This document shows, piece by piece, positions 9,145 through 18,842 of a stretch of 64,000 bases of DNA; the first letter of the stretch is position 1, and the number at the start of each line of letters is the position of its first letter. A program made the position numbers and the translations under genes. A model generated the notes under the pieces. It was not told where the DNA came from, searched no databases, and saw nothing but the letters and a program-made list of their open reading frames with translations. The stretch is from an uncultured delta proteobacterium (GTDB lineage Bacteria; Desulfobacterota; Binatia; UBA9968): contig CAVWLW010000033.1 of assembly GCA_963755715.1 (NCBI GenBank), forward strand, positions 96,001 to 160,000. The letters run 5' to 3'.

Positions 9145-10616
9145 TGTTCGGCGAGCTCGACCGCTTTCAGCATGGCGCGCGCTTTGTTGAGCGTCTCCTG
9201 GTATTCCATCTTCGGATCCGAGTCGGCGACGATCCCCGCGCCGGCAGTGATGAAAACTTTTTTGCCTTTCATCACGATAGTGCGAATCACGATGCAGGTG
9301 TCCAGATTGCCGTTGTAGCCGAAGTAACCGATGGCGCCGGCGTAAAGGCCGCGCTTTTGCGGCTCCAGTTCGCCGATAATTTGCATGGCACGGATCTTCG
9401 GCGCGCCGGAAACGGTGCCGGCGGGGAAAGCCGACACGAATAGATCGAATGGAGTTTGGTCCGCGGCCAATTTGCCGCGCACGTTGGAGACGATGTGAAT
9501 GACGTGCGAGTAACGTTCAATCGTCATCAGCTCGTTGACCTCGACGCTGCCGATCGCGGCGACCCGGCCGACGTCGTTGCGGCCGAGGTCGACCAGCATG
9601 ATGTGCTCGGCGCGCTCTTTGGGGTCGGCGAGCAGATCGGCTTCGAGCTCGCGCTCTTCTTCCGGGGTGGCGCCGCGGCGGCGTGTGCCGGCGATGGGGC
9701 GCAGCTCGATCGTATCGCCGGTGAGCCGAACCATCGTTTCGGGCGAGGAGCCGATGACCCGAAGATCCTCCAACTCCAGATAGAACATGTAGGGTGACGG
9801 ATTGATGAAACGCAAGGCGCGATAGATTTCAAACGGATCCGTCTTTGTTTCGGTTTCGAGTCTTTGGCTGAGCACGACTTGAATGACGTCGCCGGCCTTG
9901 ATGTACTCTTTGGCTTTCTCGACTGCGTCGACAAAACCCCGCTCGGTCAAATTCGAGCGAAATTTTCGGTCGCCTTTGTTTTGCGTGAGATCCCTTGGCT
10001 CGATGCCACGGGGTTTTTTCTGCAAACTCGAGATGACTTTATGAATCCGCTTGACCGCGGCGTCATAAGCCCGGCGCAGATCGGTTCGTTCGTTTAGCTG
10101 AACGTTATCGATCACCTTGATCGTGTGTTTCAAATTGTCGAAGGCGACCAGCGTCTGGACGAAAACGAAAAAAATCTCCGGCATGCCGAGCGGCTCTTTT
10201 TTATCGTTGGCGATCTCGTGGAACTGTTCGACGGCATCGTAAGAAACATAACCCAGCGCTCCGCCGAAGAAAGGCGGAACGCCGGCGACCGTGACCGGTC
10301 GGCATCCGCGCAACAGCTCCTCGAGGATGGCTAACGGCGCCTGGGAGCGAAGTTTTTGTGACTTGCCGGCTTCGATGATTTCCACTTCGGCGCCGCGCGC
10401 CTTGAAGATCTTGTACGGACGAGTGCCAAGGAATGAATAACGGGCCCAACGCTCGCTCCCTTCCACGCTCTCAAGCAAGAATGAATAGCGGTCGCGCTCC
10501 AGGCGCTTGAAAAAAGATAACGGCGTCTCGAGATCCATCAGCAACTCTTCATACAAGGGAATCAAGTTGCCTTGCTTGGCGAGAGCGCAAAATCCTTTGT
10601 AGCTTGGCTGAATCAT
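9129..10616 (-). CDS. trpE: Anthranilate synthase component I
   Basis: LLES and NPSPYM Trp-feedback motifs, PIAGTRRRG, EHIMLVDLGRND, FPAGTVSGAPK. The upstream Trp attenuator favours TrpE over PabB. Confidence 0.93.
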   Translation of the reverse strand: MIQPSYKGFCALAKQGNLIPLYEELLMDLETPLSFFKRLERDRYSFLLESVEGSERWARYSFLGTRPYKIFKARGAEVEIIEAGKSQKLRSQAPLAILEELLRGCRPVTVAGVPPFFGGALGYVSYDAVEQFHEIANDKKEPLGMPEIFFVFVQTLVAFDNLKHTIKVIDNVQLNERTDLRRAYDAAVKRIHKVISSLQKKPRGIEPRDLTQNKGDRKFRSNLTERGFVDAVEKAKEYIKAGDVIQVVLSQRLETETKTDPFEIYRALRFINPSPYMFYLELEDLRVIGSSPETMVRLTGDTIELRPIAGTRRRGATPEEERELEADLLADPKERAEHIMLVDLGRNDVGRVAAIGSVEVNELMTIERYSHVIHIVSNVRGKLAADQTPFDLFVSAFPAGTVSGAPKIRAMQIIGELEPQKRGLYAGAIGYFGYNGNLDTCIVIRTIVMKGKKVFITAGAGIVADSDPKMEYQETLNKARAMLKAVELAEQWRKR

Positions 10617-10621
10617 TTCGT

Positions 10622-10660
10622 AAAAAACAAAAAGGGCCATAGGTTTTCCACCTATGGCCC
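10622..10660 (-). terminator. Attenuator terminator upstream of trpE
   Basis: Minus strand GGGCCATAGG-tggaaaa-CCTATGGCCC (perfect 10-bp stem) followed by TTTTTGTTTTTT. Confidence 0.9.
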
Positions 10661-10686
10661 CGGTATAATCAAGTTTTTATGTGGAA

Positions 10687-10764
10687 TTAGCCATGGCGGA
10701 GACGCTTCGTCACTGGCAAGCGCCACCAACCCGTGTTTGTCCGTATCGCTCCTGACCGTATCAT
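10687..10764 (-). CDS. trpL: trp leader peptide MIRSGAIRTNTGWWRLPVTKRLRHG
   Basis: 25-codon ORF with tandem TGG TGG (10723-10728) directly upstream of the terminator. Its 3' segment TCCGCCATGGCT can pair with GGCCATAGGTGGA to form an antiterminator. Confidence 0.85.
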   Translation of the reverse strand: MIRSGAIRTNTGWWRLPVTKRLRHG

Positions 10765-11016
10765 AACGGCCCTATACTGCCGTATTGTGTTTTGCGGGTC
10801 AAGTATATGGCGGCAATTCGCCGCGCCGGGGCGAGCATATTCGCACGGCTTCATACGTGCGCTCGCAACGCGTCGGATTTTTACGTACTGGCGAGATCTT
10901 GGCCTAGAGTCTGTAGAGTCTGAGGAGCCGCCGTTCATCAGGTCAGCGCTTTTGCCGCAGAAAAACGCAATATATATCTGGCTGTCAAAACGTCCCTGGC
11001 TTGCTCGTCGCGCCAT

Positions 11017-11045
11017 TTGACAACGCCCGTGGGTTAGCTTAAAAC
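11017..11045 (+). promoter_or_regulatory. Possible sigma70 promoter of the IclR gene
   Basis: TTGACA-17 nt-TAAAAC, about 75 nt upstream of ATG 11119. Confidence 0.4.
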
Positions 11046-11118
11046 GCCTTTTTGGAACTGCCACGCCGTCATTCGGTATTGGTATCGTTTCGCTTTAAAA
11101 TTTTGTCGAGGGGGAAAC

Positions 11119-11898
11119 ATGGTTCGCCGGGAAAAATCCAATTACGTTATTCAATCGGTTTCGCATGCTCTCGACGTGTTGGAGCAGTTTAACGGCACGG
11201 TCGACGAAATCGGCGTAACTGAACTTAGCAAACGACTTAAATTGCACAAAAACAACGTTTTTCGTTTGCTCGCGACCCTCGAAGCGCGCGGTTACATCGA
11301 ACAAAATAAGTTGAGTGAAAATTATCGGCTGGGATTACGCTGTCTTCAACTTGGGCAGACCTTTATTCATCAAATGGGCTTATTACTGCAATCGCGGGCG
11401 ATTCTTGAAGATTTATCGAAGGCGAGCAAGGAGAGCGCCTATGTCGCGATTCGCAAGGGGAGTGCGATTATTCCGCTTGATTTCGTCGAGCCAGCGAGGT
11501 CGGTGCGCGTGGTTTCGTTTTTGGGGACTGTCCTACCATCGCATTGCACCGCGGCAGGCAAGGTCCATCTGGTGTTTGGAATGGACGGCACGGCTGGTCA
11601 GGATTTGCCGGAGCGCTTGGAACGCTACACCGAAAAAACGATCGTCGATCGAAATATGTTGCGCGAGGACATGAGCCGAATCGGCGAATCCGGCTACGCG
11701 GTAGAACGCGGCGAATTCGCCGAAGACGTCAATGCGATCGCCGTGCCGATCCGCGACTACACTCGCTCGCTCGTCGGCACGATGGCGGTCGTGGGCCCGG
11801 GTTACCGGCTGACGGATGAAACGATTCATGAGGACATTGCGCCTTTGCTGTTAAGAGCCGGCACCGATCTTTCCAAACGGCTGGGATTTCCCGGCTAA
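11119..11898 (+). CDS. IclR family transcriptional regulator
   Basis: N-terminal HTH (IQSVSHALDVLE...GVTELS..L.LHKNNVFRLLATLE), HCTAAGK, GYAV..GE...IAVPIRD. Confidence 0.95.
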   Translation: MVRREKSNYVIQSVSHALDVLEQFNGTVDEIGVTELSKRLKLHKNNVFRLLATLEARGYIEQNKLSENYRLGLRCLQLGQTFIHQMGLLLQSRAILEDLSKASKESAYVAIRKGSAIIPLDFVEPARSVRVVSFLGTVLPSHCTAAGKVHLVFGMDGTAGQDLPERLERYTEKTIVDRNMLREDMSRIGESGYAVERGEFAEDVNAIAVPIRDYTRSLVGTMAVVGPGYRLTDETIHEDIAPLLLRAGTDLSKRLGFPG

Positions 11899-12122
11899 GC
11901 TTAAAGTGACCTATTACAAACCGCGTAGATGGACGGCCCGCGTCGGATTTTAATGCGGCGCGGGACTTGTCTTTTCAACGATTCAACGAAGATAGAATTC
12001 TGTAAAGCACAGTCGGCGGCGGCGTCAGAAGCCGCTGTGCCGCTCCATGCTGCGCCGACGATTTTTGACCGCAGCTCAAAATAGCAATAAGAAGGGAGTG
12101 AACGGAGGTCCATGCGACCGCT

Positions 12123-14120
12123 ATGCTAACCACCATCGAGAAAATACTTTTTATCCTCCTCGCCCTCGGCTCTCTTTACTACGGCGGCAGCAAGTTTTAC
12201 TTGGTTTACCGGGCGATTGCGCGCGGCAAGCCCGATGAGCGTTTCGATGACCTCGCAGGACGCATCCAACGGGCGATTTGGATCGTGCTGACGCAGCAAT
12301 CGGTTTTTAAAAAGCGGCCGATGGTTTCGTTGCTGCACGCGTTTGTCTTCTACGGCTTTGTTTTTTATTTTCTCGTCAACCTGGTCGACGTGCTCGAGGG
12401 GTTCTTTGCCATTCATGCCCGAGGTGGGGCGTGGAATCTCTTCAATCTCGCCGCCGATATTTTTACCGCGAGTGTTTTGATCGGAATCACCGGTTTGATA
12501 CTGCGCCGCTTGTTCGTGCAGCCCAAGGATTTTGAATTTCCAGCCAATGTTCCGGTGCAGCCGGAAGTGCGCAAGGGAATCTTTCGCGATTCCACACTGG
12601 TTGCGGGTTTCATTATCTTTCATGTCGGCTGCCGGCTATTGTTCAGGGCGACGCACCTGGCGCTCGAAGGATGGGATTCCTACCAGCCGGTGAGTTCGGC
12701 ATTTAGCGCCGCCTTTGCCGGACTCGCGCCCGGCGGGCAGGAATTATTAAATCACTTCTTTTGGTGGGGCGCCTTGGGATCGATTCTTTTGTTCATCCCG
12801 TACTTTCCGCGCTCCAAACATATTCATATTTTTCTCGCGCCGGTGAAGCTGGCGTTGAAAAAAGATAAGCCCGGAGCTCTGCAGCCGATGGACTTCGAAA
12901 AGGAGGAAGTCTTCGGCGCGGTCAAGCTCGAGGATTTTACTTGGCCCCGACTTTTGGATTCCTACAGTTGCATCATGTGCAATCGGTGTCAGGACGTTTG
13001 CCCGGCGACGAACACCGGCAAGGCGCTCAGTCCCGCGGCGATTTTGATCAACGAGCGTTATGAGCTGAACAAAATTCTGCCCGGCTTTTCGGCCGGACAG
13101 GAGAGCCCGCGGCCGCTGCTCGACTTCGCGTTGAACGCCGAAGCGGCGTGGGCTTGCACGACCTGCAATGCCTGCATCGAAGTTTGCCCGGTGGGCAATG
13201 AGCAAATGCTGCACATTATCGACGTGCGGCGCGAGCGCGTGCTCACGGCGGCGGAGTTTCCCAAAGGACTGCAAAACACGTTCAACCACATGGAGCGAGC
13301 CGGCAATCCTTTTGGCATGGCAGCCGAGGAACGGCTTGCCTGGGCAAAAGATTTGCCGTTTGCGGTGCCGACGTTGGAGCAAAAGGCCGAGCCGGAAATT
13401 CTCTACTGGGTCGGCTGCGCGGTGGCCTTCGATCCGCGCGCGCAAAAAATCGCGCGCAGCATGGCCGCGATCTTGAATGCCGCCGGGATAGATTGGGCGG
13501 TGATCGGGAAAGAGGAAAAATGCACCGGCGACACCGCGCGGCGCACCGGTAATGAGTATCTCTTCGCCCAGATGGCCGAAGAAAACGTCAACGTGCTGAA
13601 TGAAATCAAGCCGAAAACGATAGTGACGACTTGTCCGCACTGCTTTCATACCATTGCCAACGAGTACCCTCAGTTCGGCGGTAAGTTCGTTGTCAAGCAT
13701 CATACCGAGTTCATCGACGAATTGATTCGCGCCGGACGGCTCAAGCTTGAAAGCGTTGGCGACGGCTCAGTCACCTATCACGATCCGTGCTATCTCGGGC
13801 GGCATAACGGCATCTTCGATCAGCCTCGCGCGCTGATCCAGTCGACGGGAGCAAGATTGACGGAACCCGTCCGGAATCGGAGCAATAGCTTTTGCTGCGG
13901 CGCCGGCGGCGGCCAATTCTGGAAGGAAGAGGAAAAAGGAAGAGAACGAGTGAGCACCAACCGCTACCGCGAGCTGAAGCAGACGGGGGCGCAGACGGTC
14001 GCCACGGGTTGTCCGTTCTGCATGCGCATGATCACTGAAGAAACCGCCAAAGAAGAGCCGGAAAGCGCCATGCAAGTTTTCGATGTTGCCGAGCTGGTCG
14101 CGGCAAGGCTGCAAAAATAA
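12123..14120 (+). CDS. Membrane-bound Fe-S oxidoreductase, FadF/HdrD-like (two 4Fe-4S motifs plus two CCG domains)
   Basis: N-terminal TM helices; CIMCNRCQDVCP; CTTCNACIEVCP; CPHC; YHDPCYLGR; CCGAGGG; CPFC. Confidence 0.9.
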   Translation: MLTTIEKILFILLALGSLYYGGSKFYLVYRAIARGKPDERFDDLAGRIQRAIWIVLTQQSVFKKRPMVSLLHAFVFYGFVFYFLVNLVDVLEGFFAIHARGGAWNLFNLAADIFTASVLIGITGLILRRLFVQPKDFEFPANVPVQPEVRKGIFRDSTLVAGFIIFHVGCRLLFRATHLALEGWDSYQPVSSAFSAAFAGLAPGGQELLNHFFWWGALGSILLFIPYFPRSKHIHIFLAPVKLALKKDKPGALQPMDFEKEEVFGAVKLEDFTWPRLLDSYSCIMCNRCQDVCPATNTGKALSPAAILINERYELNKILPGFSAGQESPRPLLDFALNAEAAWACTTCNACIEVCPVGNEQMLHIIDVRRERVLTAAEFPKGLQNTFNHMERAGNPFGMAAEERLAWAKDLPFAVPTLEQKAEPEILYWVGCAVAFDPRAQKIARSMAAILNAAGIDWAVIGKEEKCTGDTARRTGNEYLFAQMAEENVNVLNEIKPKTIVTTCPHCFHTIANEYPQFGGKFVVKHHTEFIDELIRAGRLKLESVGDGSVTYHDPCYLGRHNGIFDQPRALIQSTGARLTEPVRNRSNSFCCGAGGGQFWKEEEKGRERVSTNRYRELKQTGAQTVATGCPFCMRMITEETAKEEPESAMQVFDVAELVAARLQK

Positions 14121-14121
14121 T

Positions 14122-14586
14122 ATGCGCCGAAGCTACGCCTATTTTTTTGCCTTAGGCGTCGCGTTGCTGCATGGCGCCAGCGCTTGCCGAGCAGACCCGA
14201 GAGTGACGATTTCGACCCGGCAACGGGGGGATGTGGCTTTTCAGGTTGAGATCGCCGATTCGCCGGCGAAACGAGAGCTGGGTTTGCAATACCGTCGAGA
14301 TCTTGCTTCAGACCGCGGCATGATCTTTTTGTTTTCGGAGGAGTCGCGGCAGACCTTTTGGATGAAAAACACGCCGATTCCTTTGGACATGATTTTTATC
14401 GGCCGCGATATGAAAGTCGTCGGTATCGTGGCACAGACGATACCGTTTTCCCTCGACCCGCGCTCCGTTGACGCGCCGAGCCAGTATGTGCTGGAAATCA
14501 ACGGCGGCTTGGCGGAACGCCACGGTATCCAAACAGGCGACAGAGTTCGTTTTGATTCGATCCCGACTCAAGGTGGGCGGGAATAA
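14122..14586 (+). CDS. DUF192 family exported protein
   Basis: VEIAD...RELGLQYR...GMIFLF...FWMKNTPIPLDMIFI...YVLEINGG; N-terminal signal peptide. Confidence 0.9.
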   Translation: MRRSYAYFFALGVALLHGASACRADPRVTISTRQRGDVAFQVEIADSPAKRELGLQYRRDLASDRGMIFLFSEESRQTFWMKNTPIPLDMIFIGRDMKVVGIVAQTIPFSLDPRSVDAPSQYVLEINGGLAERHGIQTGDRVRFDSIPTQGGRE

Positions 14587-14620
14587 AAAAGGGACCCAGC
14601 GCGCGCGGCTCTGGATCCCT
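14585..14620 (-). terminator. Probable rho-independent terminator of the GAPDH-like gene
   Basis: aaaaaa-GGGACCCAG...CTGGATCCC hairpin between convergent genes; the U-tract lies on the minus strand. Confidence 0.5.
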
Positions 14621-14641
14621 GGAACGACTCAAGATGTGCTT

Positions 14642-15709
14642 TTAGATCTCGCTGAAGAAGTAAGGCCTTACCGGCGCGAGCTTCTCTTCGTAAGAATCCG
14701 GATACATAAACCATAGCGTCGCGGCGATGCTGCTGAGAAGCGAATTGCCGTCCTGGGGCGTGAAGCAGGTGCCGACGATCTCCTTGTCGCCGCGCATCGC
14801 CAGGCTTTGCGTCACAATCACGGTTTGGTTGAGGATCCTGCCGAACATGCCGTGGTCGCGCCCGAACGAGAACACGGACGCCGATGACTTTTTATTGGTC
14901 AGGGCAACGCGCAGATTCGCCCGCAGCCGGCGCATCAATTCATCTTTGCTGATTCCTCTGCGCAGTTTGAGATTGAAGTGAATGGTGTGCATGTATTGCG
15001 TATTCAGCTTGAGAGCCGAAGAATAAACATCGAGATCCAAGCCGAGAGTTTTGAACAGATAGTGGGCGTCACGGCCCTGGTGGGTGCCGAACTTCGGATC
15101 GTCGTGTTTACCGGCTTCGGGAGCCGGAATGAAATCGCCTTCTTGGCTTAGATCATTGGCGCGGCGCATGCAGACAAAACGGCTTTCCGCCAAGTTGTCT
15201 TCTTTTTCCGGACCCAAGGCGATGGTGTCGATCAACACGGCGAGATTGTGCGTATTGCAACTGACCACCTGGATGAATTGATCCTTGCCTCTTTCGAGCG
15301 CCTTGTCATTGATGCCGCGGGCGTATTTTTTCCCGAAGCCGTCTTCGCTGCCCTGGGCAATGAAGCCACGGCCATTGCTTGCATATTTGTTGTAAAGTTT
15401 TTCCTTGTTCTCATTGCCAACGGGCGTGCAGTCGATGATCACGCTGGCGCGCTCGATCGCCTCTTCCGCCTCAAGGCTGGGATGCATGCCCATCTCGACG
15501 AATTTTTGCCAACGATCTTTGTCAACGGCGAGCTTTGCGCCTTGTTTGCAAGAGACTGTGACCTTGGACCGGTCGGTCACCAGCGGCGTGCGCTTGTGAA
15601 AGGTGATTTCATCGATGCCAAACTGCTCTTTGAAAGTAGAGAGAATGCCGATAAGCGGTTCGCCGATGGTTCCGGTGCCGACGATATGAACAATTTTTTG
15701 TTGTGCCAT
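14642..15709 (-). CDS. Class II (archaeal-type) glyceraldehyde-3-phosphate dehydrogenase-like protein
   Basis: VGTGTIG Rossmann loop, IDCTP, FIAQGSE, VVSCNTH with catalytic Cys, MRRAND, THQGRDA, QYMH. These parallel archaeal GAPDH motifs (GYGTIG, IFQGGE, VVSCNTT, RR.AD, SHHGPD, TLMH). Confidence 0.75.
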   Translation of the reverse strand: MAQQKIVHIVGTGTIGEPLIGILSTFKEQFGIDEITFHKRTPLVTDRSKVTVSCKQGAKLAVDKDRWQKFVEMGMHPSLEAEEAIERASVIIDCTPVGNENKEKLYNKYASNGRGFIAQGSEDGFGKKYARGINDKALERGKDQFIQVVSCNTHNLAVLIDTIALGPEKEDNLAESRFVCMRRANDLSQEGDFIPAPEAGKHDDPKFGTHQGRDAHYLFKTLGLDLDVYSSALKLNTQYMHTIHFNLKLRRGISKDELMRRLRANLRVALTNKKSSASVFSFGRDHGMFGRILNQTVIVTQSLAMRGDKEIVGTCFTPQDGNSLLSSIAATLWFMYPDSYEEKLAPVRPYFFSEI

Positions 15710-15872
15710 TGGTCCTCCGCCCCGTCATTTCGATAGGCGGATACTAGCCCAAGAGCGGCGGGCGATCAATAGATTTTAGCGCACTTCGATGCGCTTGAAC
15801 GGCACTCGGATGAGCGAGAAAGAGCTTAATCCGCCGGCGCTTATGTGGTAGAACTTTTTTGGAGGAAACCAT

Positions 15873-17318
15873 ATGGCAACAGCAAATTTGCCGACGGCAT
15901 TTTTTGGCGACAATTTCGGCGTAAAGAACAGTGATCTGGAAAAAGTTCTCGACACCGCTTTGGCGAAAAAAGCGGACTATGCCGATCTTTATTTCGAGTA
16001 TCGGCAAAACGAGGGCGTCAGTCTGGAAGAAGGGATGGTCAAAAACTGCTCCCAGTCGATCGCCAATGGCGTCGGCGTGCGCGTGCTCGCCGATGCGAAG
16101 ACCGGCTACGCTTACACCGACGATATTACCATAAAAAATTTGGAGCTGGCGGCGCGCACGGCACATTACATCGCGCAAAACCGCCCTTCTCCCATGCCCG
16201 TGCCGGTCGGCCAGCAACGCGGAGAAGCGCATAATCTCTATCCCGTTAAGACTCCGGTCAATGACGTTGACCTGGAGAAAAAAGTCGAGCTGCTCTACGA
16301 AATCGATAAATTTGCGCACGGCCTCGATCCACGGGTGAAAAATGTCTTTGTGTCCCTCGGCAGCGAATATAAGGTTATCTTGGTGGCGTCATCCCAAGGG
16401 CTGGTCGTCGGCGATATCCAGCCGCTGACCCGGCTCAATGTCACCTGCATCGCCGAAGAGAACGGCAACCGGCAGATCGGCAGTTTTGGCGGCGGCGGGC
16501 GGGTGGAGTTCGGTTTTTTTGTCGACAACCAGGATTGGCAGCGCTACGCCAGCGAAGCGGTGCGCCAGGCGATTTTGAACTTGACCGCTACCGACGCGCC
16601 GGCCGGCACTATGGATGTCGTTCTCGGTTCGGGCTGGCCGGGGATTCTCCTGCACGAAGCGATCGGCCATGGCCTCGAAGGTGATTTTAACCGCAAGAAG
16701 ACGTCCGCTTTTACCGATCGCATCGGCCGGCGAGTCGGATCGGAATTGTGCACGGTCGTCGACGACGGCACCATCCCGTCGCGCCGGGGCTCGATCAACA
16801 TCGACGACGAGGGCACGGCAACGCATCGCACGGTGCTGATCGAAAACGGTATTCTCAAAGGCTATTTGCAGGACAAGCTCAACGCCGGTCTGATGAAGAT
16901 GGCGCTGACGGGCAACGGCCGGCGCGAGAGTTATGCGCATATTCCGATGCCGCGCATGACCAATACGTTTATGCTCGCCGGCGACTCGGCGCCCGAAGAC
17001 ATCATCCGCTCGGTCAAAAAGGGGCTTTACGCGGTTTCCTTCGGCGGCGGTCAAGTCGATATCACGAGCGGCAAGTTTGTTTTTTCCGCCAGTGAAGCTT
17101 ACCTAATCGAAGACGGTAAAGTGACCGAGCCCGTGAAGGGCGCAACACTGATCGGCAACGGTCCCGATGTTCTGACCCGTGTCTCGATGGTCGGCTCGGA
17201 TCTAAAACTCGACGAAGGCGTCGGCACCTGCGGCAAAGATGGCCAATCAGTACCCGTCGGCGTGGGCTTGCCGACGATCAAGATCGACGGGCTGACGGTG
17301 GGTGGAACGAGAGCGTAG
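15873..17318 (+). CDS. tldD: Metalloprotease TldD
   Basis: GWPGILLHEAIGHGLEGDFNRK (HExxxH), PMPRMTNT, GTCGKDGQSVPVGVGLPT. Confidence 0.96.
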   Translation: MATANLPTAFFGDNFGVKNSDLEKVLDTALAKKADYADLYFEYRQNEGVSLEEGMVKNCSQSIANGVGVRVLADAKTGYAYTDDITIKNLELAARTAHYIAQNRPSPMPVPVGQQRGEAHNLYPVKTPVNDVDLEKKVELLYEIDKFAHGLDPRVKNVFVSLGSEYKVILVASSQGLVVGDIQPLTRLNVTCIAEENGNRQIGSFGGGGRVEFGFFVDNQDWQRYASEAVRQAILNLTATDAPAGTMDVVLGSGWPGILLHEAIGHGLEGDFNRKKTSAFTDRIGRRVGSELCTVVDDGTIPSRRGSINIDDEGTATHRTVLIENGILKGYLQDKLNAGLMKMALTGNGRRESYAHIPMPRMTNTFMLAGDSAPEDIIRSVKKGLYAVSFGGGQVDITSGKFVFSASEAYLIEDGKVTEPVKGATLIGNGPDVLTRVSMVGSDLKLDEGVGTCGKDGQSVPVGVGLPTIKIDGLTVGGTRA

Positions 17319-17325
17319 TAAAAGT

Positions 17326-17383
17326 AGGTTCAAGCCGTTCAAAAGGTGTCGGAGGTTTGAGTTCGGTAGAACGACTTGAACCT
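17326..17383. repeat. Inverted GTTCAA-unit hairpin between tldD and pmbA
   Basis: aggttcaagccgttcaa ... tagaacgacttgaacct; same unit family as 1303-1374. Confidence 0.65.
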
Positions 17384-17403
17384 TTTGCGATTACGGGGAA
17401 CTT

Positions 17404-18759
17404 ATGGAACGTTTCGAATTAAGCCAGGAACTGGGCCGGGAGATATTGGACACGGCCAAAGCCAAGGGCGCCTCGCAGGGCGACGTCGTAATGGCGGAGA
17501 GCGATTCGTTCTTTGTCACGGTGCGCATGGGCGAAGTCGAGAAGATCAGCCAGGCGGGCGAGAAGCGTTTAGGCTTGCGGCTGTTTTTCGGCAATAGCTC
17601 GGCATCGGCGTCGACCTCGGACATTTCGCGGAAATCGATCGAGAAGCTGGTCGACGACACTGCCCGCATGGCCCGAGTCACCGCGCAAGATCCGCATGGC
17701 GGCTTGCCCGAAGCCGCCGATCTTGCGCGCGAGCTGCCGCAATTGGATTTGCTCGACGAGCCGGCGCGAGCGGTTTCGGTGGATGAGAAAATTCAAATCG
17801 CGCTCGATACGGAGAACGGAGCGTTGACTTACGATGCGCGGATTACCAATTCCGAGGGCGCCGAGTTTTCCAACCAATTCGGCCGGGTGATTTACGCCAG
17901 CAGTCACGGCTTTGCCGGCGAATACGCCGGGTCGACATTCGGCTACTCCGTCTCGCCCGTGGCTTCGCAGAACGGTTCGATGCAGCGCGATTATTGGTAT
18001 TCGTCGAATCGCAAGTTCGCCAAGCTGGAATCGCCCAAAAGCGTCGGCGCTCGGGCCGCCCAACGGGTGTTGCGCCGTCTCGGCGCGCGCAAAGTCAAAA
18101 CCTGTGAGGTGCCGGTTGTCTTCGATCCCGAAATGGCGGCCTCGTTGATGCGCAACTTGGCGTCCGCATTATCGGGCTACGCCTTGTACAAAGGCGCTTC
18201 GTTTTTGATCGACAAACTTGGCACGAAGATCGGCTCCGAGCTGCTCACGGTGATCGACGATGGGACGATTCCCGGCGCACTCGGCTCGCGCCCGTTCGAC
18301 GGCGAAGGACTGCCGACGCGAAAAAAAACTGTCGTTGAACAGGGTGAGTTGCAAAGCTATCTGCTCGATACCTACAGCGGCAAAAAACTCGGCATGAAAT
18401 CAACCGGCAACGCGTCTCGTTCCGTCGGTGAAGCGCCGGGCGTTTCGCCGGCGAATTTCTATCTGGCGTCCGGCAAAGATTCGCCGGAGAAGATTATTAA
18501 ATCGGTTAAAGCCGGCTTGTACGTGACCGAGATGATCGGCTTTGGCGTCAACATGGTGACCGGCGATTACTCGCGCGGCGCGGCCGGGTTGTGGATCGAA
18601 AACGGCGAGTTCGCTTTTCCTGTCGAAGAGATCACGATCGCCGGCAACCTCAAAGAGATGTTGCAAAACATCGAGATGGTCGGTGACGATCTCGAAATGC
18701 GCGGCCGGATCGCCTCGCCGACGATTAAAATTTCCCGGATGACCGTGGCGGGCGACTGA
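17404..18759 (+). CDS. pmbA: PmbA/TldE, non-catalytic partner of TldD
   Basis: MQRDYWY, SRPFDGEG, STGNA, GVNMVTGDYSRGAAG, PVEEITIAGN; no HExxxH; adjacent to tldD. Confidence 0.93.
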   Translation: MERFELSQELGREILDTAKAKGASQGDVVMAESDSFFVTVRMGEVEKISQAGEKRLGLRLFFGNSSASASTSDISRKSIEKLVDDTARMARVTAQDPHGGLPEAADLARELPQLDLLDEPARAVSVDEKIQIALDTENGALTYDARITNSEGAEFSNQFGRVIYASSHGFAGEYAGSTFGYSVSPVASQNGSMQRDYWYSSNRKFAKLESPKSVGARAAQRVLRRLGARKVKTCEVPVVFDPEMAASLMRNLASALSGYALYKGASFLIDKLGTKIGSELLTVIDDGTIPGALGSRPFDGEGLPTRKKTVVEQGELQSYLLDTYSGKKLGMKSTGNASRSVGEAPGVSPANFYLASGKDSPEKIIKSVKAGLYVTEMIGFGVNMVTGDYSRGAAGLWIENGEFAFPVEEITIAGNLKEMLQNIEMVGDDLEMRGRIASPTIKISRMTVAGD

Positions 18760-18766
18760 AAATTCA

Positions 18767-18831
18767 CGAGGATCGAAGATGGAGGATCGAGGATCAGGTT
18801 TCCATCCTCCATTCTCGATCTTCTATCCTCG
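18767..18831. repeat. Inverted array of 7-nt (C/G)GA(G/A)GAT units between convergent genes
   Basis: cgaggat cgaagat ggaggat cgaggat ... catcctc cattctc gatcttc tatcctc. Confidence 0.8.
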
Positions 18832-18842
18832 CTGCCGAATCC

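Noticed and set aside
9129-10616. Assignment as PabB (aminodeoxychorismate synthase)
   Set aside because: Intact LLES and NPSPYM feedback motifs, PIAGT and the Trp attenuator point to TrpE.
10687-11064. 125-aa ORF and antisense 95-aa ORF upstream of trpE
   Set aside because: Only the last 25 codons make sense, as the leader peptide. The rest spans the divergent promoter region.
15873-18759. tldD/pmbA as part of a RiPP cluster
   Set aside because: No precursor peptide, YcaO or other maturase is adjacent. This is the usual housekeeping pair.
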